Notes under the pieces: generated by a model
Seen by the model: the letters and a program-made list of their open reading frames with translations, nothing else
Told to the model about the DNA's origin: nothing
Databases searched by the model: none
Shown here: positions 10,360 to 23,674 of the stretch, piece after piece
How the letters are laid out: every line of letters begins with the position of its first letter
Numbering within the stretch: position 1 is the stretch's first letter
Made by a program: the position numbers and the translations under genes
NCBI RefSeq assembly: GCF_020745735.1
Contig: NC_083428.1
Span: 44,708,217 to 44,772,216 of the forward strand
Reading direction: 5' to 3'
DNA from: Hemiscyllium ocellatum
Lineage: Eukaryota
DNA: 64,000 nt

Positions 10360-13153
10360 CCAATTTTCTCCTGTTCCATTTTAGAAAACAACCTGGGAAT
10401 TGTAGACTGGAGTCAGTGATGGGTAAGTTGGAAGGGGTTCTGAGAGGCAGGATTAACATGCATTTGGAGAGGAAAGAACTAATTAGGGATAGTCAGCATG
10501 GCTTTGTGAATAATAAATTGTACATCAAACTTGATTTTTTTTGAGAATTTGACCAAGAAGGTAGATGAGGGCAGGTGGTAGACATTAGGAGACAGTGAGC
10601 ACTGCAGATGCTGGAGATCAGAGTTGAAAAGTGTGATGCTGGAAAAGCACAGCAGGTCACACAGCATCTAAGGAGCAGGAAGTCAATGTTTTGAGCAGCT
10701 ATAAATGGACTTTAGCAAGCCAAAACCTTTGTCAAAGTTCCACATGGTGGATTGGTTAGTAAAGTTCGATCACATAGGATTCAGGTGAACTTGCCAATTG
10801 AATGCAGAATTGACTTGATGGGAAACAGAGGGTGATAGTGGAGGGTTGTTTTTTAGACTGGAGGTCTGTAACCAGTGGTGCTCTGTAGGTATTGATGTTG
10901 GGTCTAAGTTATAATCTCATCTAAATTCTTTATATAAAAGCATAGTTAGGAAGTTTGCGGATAACACCAAAATTATAGTAGACCGTGAAGAAGGTTACCT
11001 AAGAATAAAAAGGATCTTGATCAATTTGGTCAGTGGGCCAAGGAGTGGCCGATTGAGTTTAATTTAGATAAATGTGAGGTATTACATTTTTGGTAAGTTG
11101 AAAATCAACACAGTTAATGGTAGCACTCTGGGGAGTGTTGTTGAACAGAGATTCCTGGGGTTCAGGTGCATAGTTCCTTGAAGGTTGCATCACAGGTAGA
11201 CAAGATAAATAAAGAAGGCATTTGGCATGCTTGCCTTCATTGCTCAGACCATTGAATACTGGAGTTGCGATGTCATGTTGCACTTGTACAGGGCATTTGG
11301 TTGGCCACCTTTGGAGTATGTGTACAGTTCTGATTGCCCTGCTATAGGAGGGAATTATTAACTTGGAGAGTGTGCAGAAAATATTTGAAGCAATGTTACA
11401 GGGCTGGAGAGTTTGAGTTGTAAGGAGAGCCTGGATAGGCTGGGAGGTTTTTTTTACTGGAGAGTATGAAGTTGAGAGATGATGTTCTCTAGGGTATGGG
11501 AGTTCAAAACTAGAGGGCCTAATTTTAAGACAGAGGAGAAAGATTTAAAAATTTGAGGTGCAACTTTTTCACACAGAAGAATGAACTGCCAGAGGAAGTA
11601 GTAGATACCTGTACAGTTACAACATTTAAAAGACATTTGGAAAGGTACATGAGCAGGAAAGGTTTAGAGGGTTTTGGGCCAAATGCAGGCAAGTGGGACT
11701 AGTTTAGTTGGGAATCCTACTGGCATGGACCGAAGGGTCTGTTTCTGTGCTGTATGACTCTGACACTCGGACTATAAATTGTCTCACAAATTTGATTGTG
11801 TTTATTGAAGAGGGTGACCGAGAAGATAGGTACTCTCTACATGAACTTAACATATGAGGAAAGTTTGATGGCTCTGGGTCTATACTTGGAGTTTTGAAGA
11901 GGGGGGTGGAAATATAATTGAAACATACAGAATACTGAATGGCCTGAACAGAGTAGATGTTGGGAAGGTGTTTCCATTGGTAGGAGAGACTAGACCCAAG
12001 GACACAGCCTTAGAGTAAAGGGAAGACCTTTTAGAATGGAGATAAAGAGAAACGTCTTCAGCCAGAGAGCGGTGAATCAATGGAATTCATTACCACAGAA
12101 GGCTGTGGAGGGCAGGTCATTGAGTATATTTAAGACTGAGATAGATAGGTTCTTGAGTGTCAAGGGTTATGGGGAGAAAGTGGGAGAATGGGGTTGAGAA
12201 ACGTATCAGCCATGTTGAATGGTGAAGCAGACTCAGTGGGCTAAATGGTCTAATTTTCTGCTCCTGTGTCTTATGGACTTTATCAAGACCTTCCACAAGG
12301 TTCGATATTGTAGATTGGTTAGAGTTGAAAAGTGCGTTGCTGGAAAAGCACAACAGGTCAGGCAGCATCTGAGGAGCAGGAGAATCGATGTTTCAGGAAT
12401 GTGGTGATGATGAAGGGCGTATGCCCAAAATGTGGACTCTCCTGCTCCTCGGATGCTGCTTGACCTGCTGTGCTTTTCCAGTGCCACACTTTTCGACTTT
12501 GACTCTCCAGCATCTGCAGTCCTCACTTTCTCTCATGGTAGACTGGTTAGCATGATTAGATCATATGGGATCCAGGGAAGGCTAGCCATTTGGATACAAA
12601 GTTGGCTTGATGGTAGGAGACGGAGTATAGTGGGAGAGGGTTGTTCAGATTGGAGGCCTGTGACCAGCAGTGTGCTGCAAAGATTCAGACTATTGTTTGT
12701 CGTTTATATAAATTATTTGGATGAGAATATAGGAGGCATAGTTTGTAGTTGACACCAAAATTGGTCATATGATGGACAGTGAAGGTTATCTATAGATCAG
12801 CTGGACCAGTGGGCCGAGGAATGGCAGTTGTATTTTAATTTAGATAAATGTGAGTGTTGCATTTTGGTAAGACAAACCAGGGCAGGGCATGTTCTGATAA
12901 TGGTAGGACCCTGGGGAATGTCTTCAAACAAAGAGACCTAGGGGTACAGATACATAGTTCCTTGAAAGTGGCGTCACAGTTAGACAGTGTGGTGAAGAAA
13001 GTGTTTGGTCCACTTGTAATCAATGTTCTGACCAATGAAGAAGAGTTGGAACATCATTTACCAGTTGTACAGGACATTGGAAAGGCTGTATTCGGAGCAC
13101 TTCTTGCAATTCTAAAGTGGAAACGATGTAAAAATAGGTTTACAAGGATTTTA
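10360..13153 (+). mobile_element. Stacked degenerate CR1 RT/3' fragments, with PLE inserts at ~10588-10697 and 12323-12534
   Basis: LIRDSQHGFV, WRPVTS, HFGKTNQGR and QRDLGVQIHSSLKVA motifs. The last copy breaks at ~13153 and resumes at ~17806. Confidence 0.85.
12323..12534. mobile_element. Inverted pair of PLE pseudo-LTR fragments (aged)
   Basis: A minus copy is followed by a plus copy. Flanked by near-identical TAGATTGGTTAG (12311-12322) and TAGACTGGTTAG (12539-12550). Confidence 0.8.
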
Positions 13154-13156
13154 TGG

Positions 13157-16100
13157 AGACCATACGACATAGGAGTGGAAGTAAGGCCATTCAGCCCATC
13201 GAGTCCACTCCGCCATTCAATCATGGCTGACGGGCATTTCAACTCCACTTAGCAGCGTTCTCCCCGTAGCCCTTAATTCCTCGAGACAACAAGAATCTAT
13301 TGATCTCTGCCTTGAAGACATTTAGCGTCCCGGCCTCCACTGCACTCCGTGGCAATGAATTCCACAGGCCCACCACCCTCTGGCTGAAGAAATGTCTCCG
13401 CATTTCTGTTCTGAATTGACCCCCTCTAATTCTAAGGCTGCGTCCACAGGTCCTAGTCTCCTCGCCTAACGGAAACAATTTCCTAGCGTCCACCCTTTCC
13501 AAGCCATGTATTATCTTGTACGTCTCTATTAAGTCTCCCCTTAATCTTCTAAACCCCAATGAATACAATCCCAGGATCCTCAGCCATTCCTCATATGTTA
13601 GACCTACCATTCCGAGGATCATCCGTGTGAATCTCTGCTGGACACGTTCCAGTGCCAGTATGTCCTTCCTGAGGTATGGGGACCAAAACTGGACACAGTA
13701 CTCCAAATGGGGCCTAACCAGAGCTTTATAAAGTCTCAGTAGCACATCTCTGCTTTTATATTTCAACCCTCTTGAGATAAGTGACAACATTGCATTCGCT
13801 TTCTTAATCACAGACTCAACCTGCATGTTTACCTTTAGAGAATCCTCGACTAGCACTCCCAGATCCCTTTGTACTTTGGCTTAACTAATTTTCTCACCAT
13901 TTAGAAAGTAGTCTATGCTTTTATTCTTTTTTCCAAAGTGCAAGACCTCGCATTTGCTCACGTTGAATTCCATCAGCCATTTCCTGGACCACTCTCCCAA
14001 ACTTCTGTAGCCTCCCCATTTCCTCAGTACTACCTGCCTGTCCACCTAACTTCGTATCATCTGCAAACTTCGCTAGAATGCCCCCAGTCCCTTCATCCAA
14101 ATCATTAGTATATAATGCGAACAGCTGCGACCCCAACACTGTACCCTGCGGGACACCGCTCGTCACTGGCTGCCATTCCGAAAAAGAACCTTTTACATAG
14201 AACATAGAACATAGAAGGATACAGCGCAGTACAGGCCCTTCGGCCCTCGATGTTGCGCCGACCGAATCCTACCTAACCTATACTAGCCCAATAACTTCCA
14301 AATGCCTATCCAATGCCCGCTTAAATGACCATAAAGAAGGAGAGTTCACCACTGATACGGGCAGGGCATTCCATGAACTCACAACCCGCTGTGTGAAGAA
14401 TCTACCCCTAACATCTGTCCTATACCTACCACCCCTTAATTTAAAGCTATGTCCCCTAGTAACACCTGACTCCATTAGCAGTAAAAGGTTCTTAGTATCT
14501 ACCCTATCTAAACCCCTAATCATCTTATACACTTCTATCAGATCTCCCCTAAACCTTCTCTTCTCCAATGAGAACAGCCCCAAGTGCCTCAGCCTTTCCT
14601 CATAAGATTTTCCTACCATTCCAGGCAACATCCTGGTAAACCTCCTCTGCACTCGTTCTAAAGCTTCCACATCCTTCCTATAGTATGGCGACCAAAACTG
14701 CACACAATACTCCAGATGAGGCCTCACCAGAGTCTTATACAACTGCAACATGACCTCAGGACTCCGGAACTCAATTCCTCTGCCAATAAAGCCCAGTACA
14801 CCATATGCCTTCCTCACAGCACTATTTACCTGGGTGGCAACTTTCAGAGATCTGTGTACATAGACACCAAGATCCCTCTGCTCATCCACACTACCAAGTA
14901 ACCTACCATTAGCCCAGTAATCCATCATCTTGTTATTCCTACCAAAGTGAACGACTTCGCACTTAGCTACATTGAATTCCATTTGCCACATTTCCGCCCA
15001 GCTCTGCAACTTATCTATATCCCGCTGTAACCTACCACTTCCTTCCTCACTATCCACAACTCCACCGACTTTTGTGTCATCCGCAAACTTGCTTACCCAG
15101 CTTTCAAGTCCTTCCTCTAGATCATTTATAAAGATAACAAAAAGCAATGGTCCCAAAACAGATCCTTGTGGTACACCGCTAGTAACTGCGCTCCAAGATG
15201 AACATAATCCATCAACTACTACCCTCTGTCTCCTTCCAGCCAGCCAATTCCTAATCCAAACCTCTAATGTATCCTCAATGCCATACCTCCGAAGTTTTAG
15301 CATTAGCCTACCATGGGGAACCTTATCGAACGCCTTACTAAAATCCATATACACAACATCTACAGCTTTACCCTCGTCCACTTCCTTAGTCACCTTCTCA
15401 AAGAACTCAATAAGGTTTGTGAGGCACGACCTGCCCTTCACAAAACCATGCTGGCTATCCCTGATCACGTTATTCCTACCCAGATGTTCATAAATCTTAT
15501 CCCTTACCATTCTCTGTAAGACTTTGCCCACCACTGAAGTCAGACTCACTGGCCTATAGTTACTAGGGCTATCCCTACTCCCTTTCTTGAACAATGGGAC
15601 CACATTCGCTATCCTCCAGTCCTCTGGTACTATTCCTGTTGACAACGACGACATAAAAATCCAGGCCAATGGCTCTGCTATCTCCTCCCTAGCTTCCCAT
15701 AGGATCCTGGGGTAAATGCCATCAGGCCCAGGAGACTTATCTATATTCATCCTTTCCAATATTCCCAAAACCTCTTCCCTGCATATTTCCAGGGCATCCA
15801 TTCTAATTATTTGTGATTCCATATTCACATCAGCAACAGTGTCCTGTTCCTGAGTGAATACTGATGAAAAGTACTGATTTAATGTCTCTCCAATCTCCTC
15901 TGCCTCCACACACAACTTCCCACTACTATCCTTGACTGGACCGATACCTACCCTAGTCATCCTTTTATTCTTGACATACCTATAGAAAGCCTTTGGGTTT
16001 TCCCTAATCCTACCAGCTAAAGACTTTTCATGTCCCCTTCTCGCTTCTCTTAGCTCCCTCTTTAGCTCCTTCCTGGCTACCTTATAACTCTCAATCGCCC

Positions 16101-17805
16101 CTACTGAACCTTCACGCCTCATCTTTACATATGCCGCCTTCTTCCCTTTCACAAGGGACTCCAATTCCTTACTAAACCACGGCTGCCTCACAAGGCCCTT
16201 TACACCATGCCTGACTGGTACATACCTATCGAGGACACGCAGTAGCTGCTCCTTGAATACTCCCCACATCTCATTAGTGTTCTTCTCTTGAAGCCTGTTT
16301 TTCCAATCCACACATCCTAAGTCATGCCTCACTGCATCATAATTTCCCTGCCCCCAGCTATAGCTCTTGCCCTGCGGCGCACGATTATCCCTCTCCATCA
16401 CTAAAGTAAAAGTCACCGAGTTGTGGTCACTGTCCCCGAAGTGCTCACCTACCTCCAAGTCTAACACCTGGCCTGGTTCATTACCTAGAACCAAATCCAA
16501 TATAGCCTCCCCTCTTGTTGGCCTGTCGACATATTGTGTCAGGAAACCTTCCTGCACACATTGTACAAACACCGACCCATCTAATGAACTCGAGCTATAG
16601 CTCTCCCAGTCAATATCTGGGAAGTTAAAGTCCCCCATAACAACCACCCTGCTACCTTCACTCTTTTCCTGAATCATCCTCGCAATATTATCCTCTACTT
16701 CTCTAGGACTATTAGGAGGCCTGTAGAAAACACCTAACAGGGTGACCTCACCTTTCCTATTTCTAACCTTTTATCCCAACTCTCTGCCTTCTGTCAGACA
16801 GCCAATCCTCAATCATTCCCAGCAGCTCGTCTCGAACACCATGGGCCCCTCACCTTGCTCAGCAGCCTCCCGTGTGGCACCTTATCAAAGGCCTTTTGAA
16901 AGTCTAGATAGACCACATCCACTGGGTTTCCCTGGTCTAACCTACCTGTCACCTCTTCAAAGAATTCCAACAGGTTTGTCAGGCATGACCTCCCCTTACT
17001 AAATCCATGTTGACTTGTTCTAATCAGACTCTGCTCTTCTAAGAATTTAGAAGCCTCATCCTTAATGATGGATTCTAGAATGTTACCAACAACCGAGGTG
17101 AGGCTAATTGGCCTATAATTTTCCATCTTTTGTCTTGATCCTTTCTTGAACAAGGGGGTTACAACAGCCATCTTCCAATCATCTGGGACCTTTCCTGATT
17201 CCAGTGACTCTTGAAAGATCTCAACCAATGCCTCCGCTATTTCCTCAGCCACCTCTCTCAGAACTCTAGGGGCCAGGAGATTTAGCAATTTTAAGACTTT
17301 TTTTTAACTTTTCTAGCACTATCTCTTTTGTAATGGCAACCATACTCAACTCAGCCCCCTGACTCCGTTTAATTGTTGGGATATTACTCATGTCTTCCAC
17401 TGTGAAAACTGACGCAAAGTACTTGTTAAGTTCTCCTGCTATTTCCTTATCTCCCATCACTAGGCTTCCTGCATCAGTTTGAAGTGGCCCAATGTCTACT
17501 TTTGCCTGGCGTTTGTTTCTTATGTACTGAAAGAAACTTTTACTATCATTTCTAATATTACTGGCTAGCCTACCTTCATATTTGATCCTCTCATTTCTTA
17601 TGACACTCTTTGTTATCCTCTGTTTGTTTTTATAGCCTTCCCAATCTTCTGATTTCCCACTGTTCTTGGCCACTTTATAGGATCTCTCTTTTTCTTTAAT
17701 ATATTTCCTGACTTCCTTTGTCAGCCATGGTGGTCTAATCCCTCCCCAGATAATCTTTCTTTTCTTGGGGATGAACCTCTGTATAGTGTCCTCAATTATA
17801 CCCAC
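13157..17805 (-). mobile_element. Young 5'-truncated CR1 LINE (family A), split by a second CR1
   Basis: ORFs 17266-17805, 16809-17288, 13921-14205 and 13239-13856 form a collinear ORF2 (YRPISLTSVVG, DFQKAFDKVPH, GVPQG, FADDTK) with few lesions. Confidence 0.95.
14196..16764 (-). mobile_element. Very young 5'-truncated CR1 LINE (family B) with an uninterrupted 799-aa ORF2 fragment
   Basis: ORF 14278-16677 runs from the APE endonuclease C-half (GDFN, SDH) through the full RT (QGSVLGP, FADD) to the C-terminus. 3' tail is (TTCTATG)n. AACCTTTTA flanks both sides (14187-14195 and 16765-16773). Confidence 0.97.
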
Positions 17806-18230
17806 AACTGTAGGACTTGAGTTTTAATGAGAGGTTGGATAAGCTGGGGACTTTTTTCACTGGAGCTTAGGGGACTGAGGGATGAGCTTATAAATATTTT
17901 GAAGTCATGAGGGGCATAGATATGGTGAATAGCTGAGACCTTTTGCCCAGGGTAGGAGAGTCCAAAACTAGAGGACACAGATTTAAGTTGAGAGGGGAAA
18001 GATTTAAAAGGGATCTGAGAGTGTGGTGCATATATGGAACAAATTGCAAGAGGAAGTGTTTGAGGCAAGTATTATAACCTTTAAAGGGACATTTGGATAG
18101 ATACATGAATAGAAAAGGTTTAGAGGGATAAGGGCCAAACACTGGCAAATGGGACTTGTTCAGTTTAGGAAACCAGGTCACATGGATGATTTGAGCCATA
18201 GGTTTTGTTTCTGGGCCGTATGGCCCTATC
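17806..18230 (+). mobile_element. CR1 3' end, continuing the copy broken at 13153
   Basis: CR1 C-terminal and 3'-UTR sequence, collinear with the fragment ending RFTRIL at ~13153. Confidence 0.8.
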
Positions 18231-18234
18231 CCTT

Positions 18235-19150
18235 CTAAATCTTCTGCCCCTTTCTTTAAAACTATGCTCCCTTGTCACTGATCCCTCCACCAAAGGGAAA
18301 AGTTCCTTCTGTCTATACCTCTCAAAATGTTATACGTCTTAATTATCTCTCCCTTCAGTCTTCTCTGCTGCAAGGAAAACTACCCCAATCTGTCCCATCT
18401 CTCTTCGTAACTCAGCCTCTCCACCACAGGCAACGTCTTGAAAAGTTGTCTCGTGCCTCTCGAGTGCACTCACGTTCCTCCTATAATATGGATTCCAGAA
18501 CTGTACAGAATGAATATTAGCTGTGGTCTAACCAATGTTTTCTACAAATCTAGTATCACCTCCCTGCTCTAAACTCTATGCCTTTTGTAATAAAGGCAAG
18601 TATCCCTTATGCTTTTTTAATCACTTTATCCACTGTCCTGCTACCATAAGGGATCAGTATACATGCATGCCACGTTTTCTGTTCCTTGGTGCTTCCCAGG
18701 GTTTTACCGTTTATTGTGCCCTGTTTGATCAGCCCAAATGCATCACCTCTGACTTTTCAGATTGCCACTGATTGGTGCATCTGACCACCCTGGCTCAATC
18801 CTTCCATAATCTACAGCTATTCTCACTATTTACCACCTGAAAAAATATTTTTAACGTTCACAAACCTATTGATCCACCTTCCTGCATTCAAGTCTAAATC
18901 ACTTATATACACACCACAAACAGTAAGGGCTCCACCACCGATCCCTGTGGAACCAGGCTTCTAGTCACAAAAACACCATTCGACCATCACCCTCTGCTTC
19001 TTGCCCACTTTCCCTGGACCATATCGGCTCTTACCTTTGCTACCAGGCTCCCATGTGGGACCTTTTCAGAAGCTTGCTGAAATGCATTGTTGTCATCAAC
19101 ATACCTGGTTACCTCTTTGAAAATTTTATTCAAGTTGATCAAAGGTTTTG
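18235..19150 (-). mobile_element. Degenerate CR1 RT/3' fragment
   Basis: Minus strand FKEVTRYVD...KVPHGSLV. Confidence 0.75.
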
Positions 19151-19514
19151 ACCACAAAAATAAAGATGACAAAGCACAGTGCTAGAAATGGAATATATAA
19201 TAACCAGAGGTGAGGAGAGCAGTGGGCTTTAGCAGGACTTCAGCCTTTCATTACTGTATCTGGTACACGTCAGGGAGATTGATGAACTTGATGCTGGAGG
19301 TGAAAAACCTGTCCAACCAATTGCTATGCTGATGCCAAGCTGTATACATCGTTTGGACTAATACAGCGTATTCAAGATGAAAATATCACAAAGTTACATC
19401 ATGGATATGACTTTGCGGCATACCCCATCAAAGACCGATCCATGCAATTGCATTATCAATTTTGAATCACTTACAGATTCAGTGTTGCTTCGTTTATGTT
19501 CGTTTTTTTGACAG

Positions 19515-19634
19515 ATCGGAATGAGTGCTTGGTGGCAAATGGACAGTGTTCTGATTATTGCTGGGACCTACCTTTAGGATATGAATGTGCTTGTCCAACT
19601 GGATTGGAGCTAATAAATCATTTCACATGTGAAG
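19515..19634 (+). CDS. LDLR-family gene, exon 3: EGF-A
   Basis: Acceptor tttgacag|, donor G|GTGAGT, 120 nt (same size as LDLR exon 7). Encodes [40 protein letters not shown]. Confidence 0.95.
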
Positions 19635-19735
19635 GTGAGTTTACCTACATCTGATTAAAAGTATTCCAGCTCACAGTGATACATAAAATTAGCATTTTAG
19701 TGAGGAAAAATTAACCATGGTTTTTTTGAGTAAGC

Positions 19736-20652
19736 TGAAAATGTGTTGCTAGTTAAAACACAGCAGGTCAGGCAGCATCCAAGGAACAGGAAATTCGACG
19801 TTTCGGGCCAGAGCCCTTCATCAGGAATGAGGAGAGTGTGCCAGGCAGGCTAAGATAAAAGGTAGGGAGGAGGGACTTGGGGGAGGGGCGATGGAGATGT
19901 GATAGGTGGAAGGAAGTCAAGGTGAGGGTGATAGGCTGGAGTGGGGTGGGGGCGGAGAGGTCAGGAAGAAGATTGCAGGTTAGGAGGGCGGTGCTGAGTT
20001 GAGGGAACCGACTGAGACAAGGTGGGGGGAGGGGAAATGAGGAAACTGGAGAAATCTGAGTTCATTCCTTGTGGTTGGAGGGTTCCCAGGCGGAAGATGA
20101 GGCGCTCTTCCTCCAACCGTCGTGTTGTTATGTTCTGGCAATGGAGGAGTCCAAGGACCTGCATGTCCTCTGTGGAGTGGGAGGGGGAGTGAAAGTGTTG
20201 AGCCATGGGGTGGTTGGGTTGGTTGGTCCGGGCGTCCCAGAGGTGTTCTCTGAAGTGTTCCGCAAGTAGGCGGCCCGTCTCCCCAATATAGAGGAGGCCA
20301 CATCGGGTGCAGCGGATGCAATAGATGATGTGTGTGGAGGTGCAGGTGAATTTGTGGCGGATATGGAAGGATCCCTCGGGGCCTTGGAGAGAAGTAAGGG
20401 AGGAGGTGTGGGCGCAAGTTTTACATTTCCTGCGGTTGCAGGGGAAGGTGCCGGGAGTGGAGGTTGGGTTGGTGGGGGGTGTGGACCTGACAAGGGAGTC
20501 ACGAAGGGAGTGGTCTTTGCGGAACGCTGATAGGGGAGCGGAGGGAAATAGATCCCTGGTGGTGGGGTCCATTTGGAGGTGGCGGAAATGACGGCAGATG
20601 ATACGCTGTATACGGAGGTTGGTGGGGTGGTAGGTGAGAACTAGTGGGGTAC
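19736..20652 (-). mobile_element. 5'-truncated Penelope-like retroelement: GIY-YIG endonuclease plus 3' pLTR
   Basis: ORF contains PLVLTYHP...CNRRKCKTC...IIYCIRCTRCGLLYIGETGR...FREH...GMN. Perfect 15-bp TSD TTTTTTTGAGTAAGC at 19721-19735 and 20653-20667. Confidence 0.95.
19793..19828 (-). ncRNA. Minimal type I hammerhead ribozyme (PLE-associated)
   Basis: Minus strand ATTC-CTGATGA-A-GGGC-TCTG-GCCC-GAA-ACGT-C-GAAT. Core intact, stem I ATTC/GAAT, stem II GGGC/GCCC, palindromic ACGT helix III, GUC cleavage triplet. Confidence 0.85.
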
Positions 20653-21469
20653 TTTTTTTGAGTAAGCATTGACCTAAAAAAGGGGGACAGTTGCTGAAAG
20701 AGTAATATACGCAACTGTTCAACCCTGGTGTATCTTAGAAATATGAAGAAAAAAATATGAAGCCAGGAGAAGAACTCATTAAAATGCTCTACATAATAGG
20801 ACATTGCCAGTAAATGTATGAAATATTGGAAAGAAAATGAGAGAATGTGAAGCAATAACTACTAATGTACTGTATTGCTCTGAGTTTCATTTCATGATGT
20901 ATGAATGTCATCATTGAAGCCTGCAATCTTGCAGCTTTTACAGAGTTGGCACGTCAAAAGAGTGAATGGGGGAGTGGGGGAAGTAAAATATATATTGAGA
21001 AATGAAATGCATGAAACAGTTCTTCAGCTGTTTGTCAAAGTGGTTCTTGATTGGCCTAAAGACCTGTCAGGAATTTGGGATAAGAACTGTAATGTTGTCC
21101 TGCTGACAGCAACAGTGACATTTTGTTGCTTTACTGCATATCAGTTCAAAACAGCCTTCACCTGTTACTGAATTCTGCACCTACCAGAACATCAATCACC
21201 ATCAGTATAGGAGATCATTAATTACCACCTTCCTTGCATCTCTGAGACCATCTCTCAGTGCAACACGAACGTGTATATTTCTACTTCATGTTCTGCAGGA
21301 TTGGTGGACTCTTTATTTTTGCTTTCAGAAAGCCAAGTGCAGACTGGATGTTCACTATCATTATTTTAATCATACACATTGAGAAGTCAGAAACAGCTCA
21401 TGTATTGTTACCTCTGTTGTTCTTCTGACCTATGTGCAAACTTGCAGATGAGGACCAAGAATTGGTCTT

Positions 21470-22590
21470 TCTGTCTGTATGTCACTCCCATTCAGTGAGA
21501 TCATTGGTGCTCTGACTGCGATATCAACTCTGCAGTCTTACCTACCACAATACATTTTGAATCCCTTGTCAATCAAGAATCTAAGTCAGCCTTAAAAATA
21601 TCCGATGACCCAGCCTCCACAATGCTCTGGGAAGAAAATTCCATATACTGATGACCCTCTGAGAGAAAAAAACATTTTCTTCATTTTTAAAAGGGAAAGC
21701 TCTTAATTTCCATTCTGTTCCTCTAGTCCTAGACTGCCACAAGGAGAAGGATCCTTTCAGCTTCCACCCTGTCAGGTCCCCTCAGTATCTTGTTTCAGTA
21801 AAATCACCTCGCATTCTAAAGTCTAATGTGCATAAGCTCAATCTGTCCTCAGTATGATCCCCTCCTTTAATCCCCAAAATCGGTTTTAATCAACTGAGTG
21901 CACCTCTGCATTGCATTTAATGGCCTCTCTCCCCTTAGAAAGGGAGACAACGACTGTACATGGTCCTCGTGATTTCACCAACGCCATGTACAACATTTGC
22001 AATACTTCTCAAATTTTATATTCCATTCTGTTTGCAATGAATGACAACATTTCATTTTCTTCCTAATTACTTGCTGTACCTGCATATTGATCTTTTGTGA
22101 TTCATGTACCAGAATTTCCAGACTCCTCTGTATCTCTCTAGTTACACATGACCAATTCTGGAACAGCAGGTTTGTTTGGCTCTAGAATTTGCTTCTTTAT
22201 GAAATTTTCCAAAAAATGCTTGGTCAGTTCATGTTTCAGATTACTTTAGTCTTTCATCTAATTATTCACCTAATTGAGTCATCTAATCTATACGTAGCTT
22301 GAAACTACTTATGATCCCATCCAATACATTTGTATTGTACAGAAACAGGCTCTTTAGTCCACTGCACTAGTCAAAAGCACCAAACTACATGAATCCTACT
22401 TACTTGCACTTAGTCTAAGCCAATTTTGTCCTGGAATTTTAAGTGCCCATCCAGATGCTATTTGCATGTTATAAGAGAGCTTGCCTTCATCGCCCTTTCA
22501 GGCAGCGTATTCCATATTTCTACCACCCTCTGGGTGAAAAGCTTTTCCTCAGATTCCCTCTAAACTACTCACTTGTCACCTTTATACATG
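21470..22590 (-). mobile_element. Degenerate CR1 3' fragments
   Basis: Antisense CR1 3'-UTR and C-terminal similarity in two blocks, ~21470-22135 and ~22330-22590. Confidence 0.6.
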
Positions 22591-23674
22591 TGCCTTCCAG
22601 TCTTAAGAGGGAATCTGAGAAAGGGTTTTTCACTTCGGATAGTAGGAATATGGAAGCTAATGAGGGTGCTGGTATGTTGGTTGAGTGTGGTTCGAGCCAA
22701 ACTTCAGACACTACAGGGTGGGGGGGGAAAGAGGAAAGGAAGATATAAAGTAATAGGGGATTCTTTAGTTAGGGGAGTAAACAGGTGCTTCTGTGGTCAA
22801 AGACATGACTTCAGGATGGTGTATTGCCTCCCTGGTGGCAGGAGCAGCGATGTCACTGAATGGCCACAAGGCACCCTGAAAGGGAAGTGTGATGAGTTAG
22901 AGGTCAAGGTATGTCTTGGTACCAGTGATATGGGCAAAGTGAGGAATGAGGCTTTTCACCAACAATTTGGGGAGCTAGGCAGTAGTTAAAGGGCAGGACC
23001 TGAAAGGTTGTAATCTCTGGATTACTCCCAGTGGCACATGGTAGCGAGTCTAGAAATAGGAAAATAGGACAGATAAATGCATGGCGAAAGAGTTGGTGCA
23101 AGGGACAGGGTTTCAGGTTCTTGGATTATTGGGACCTCTTCTGGGGCAGGGTTGACATGTACAGGAGGAATGGATTGCACCTAAACTGGAGGGGAACCAA
23201 TGTCCTTGCAGGGAGGTTCACTCGTGCTACTCAGATGGGTTTAAACAAGAGTGGTCAGGGAACCAGAGCAGCAGGTCAGCAAGTGGAGAGACTGACGGGA
23301 AGGTATATGCTATGACCAGTAAGTCTGAAAAGAAGGACAAGTTAATGAACATGATGGGGCTGATGGCTTGAAGTGTACTATGATGTTGTACAGACCTGGT
23401 TGAGAAGGGGCAGGATTAGCTGCCCACTGTTCCAGGGTTTCCATGTTTTCGATGAAATAGTGATACAGCTGGAGGAGTTGCATTACTAATGAGGGAGAAT
23501 ATTAGCTGCATTCAGAGAGAATGTACTGGAAGGTTAATTTCTGAGGTAATATGGGTAGAACTCTAAAATAAGAAAAGTGCAATCACTCTGGGATTATACT
23601 GTGGGCCCCAAATCAGCCACCAGTACATTGAGGAACAGACATGTAGGCAAATTATGGAAAAATACACAGACAGG

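Noticed and set aside
14278-16677. 799-aa ORF as a host or domesticated gene
   Set aside because: It is a typical 5'-truncated CR1 ORF2 with a LINE tail and flanking direct repeat.
19200-19500. Possible additional LDL-A exon upstream of EGF-A
   Set aside because: I could not find a 6-Cys/DxSDE pattern in any frame. Part of it looks like an ancient RT remnant (YADAKLY-like).
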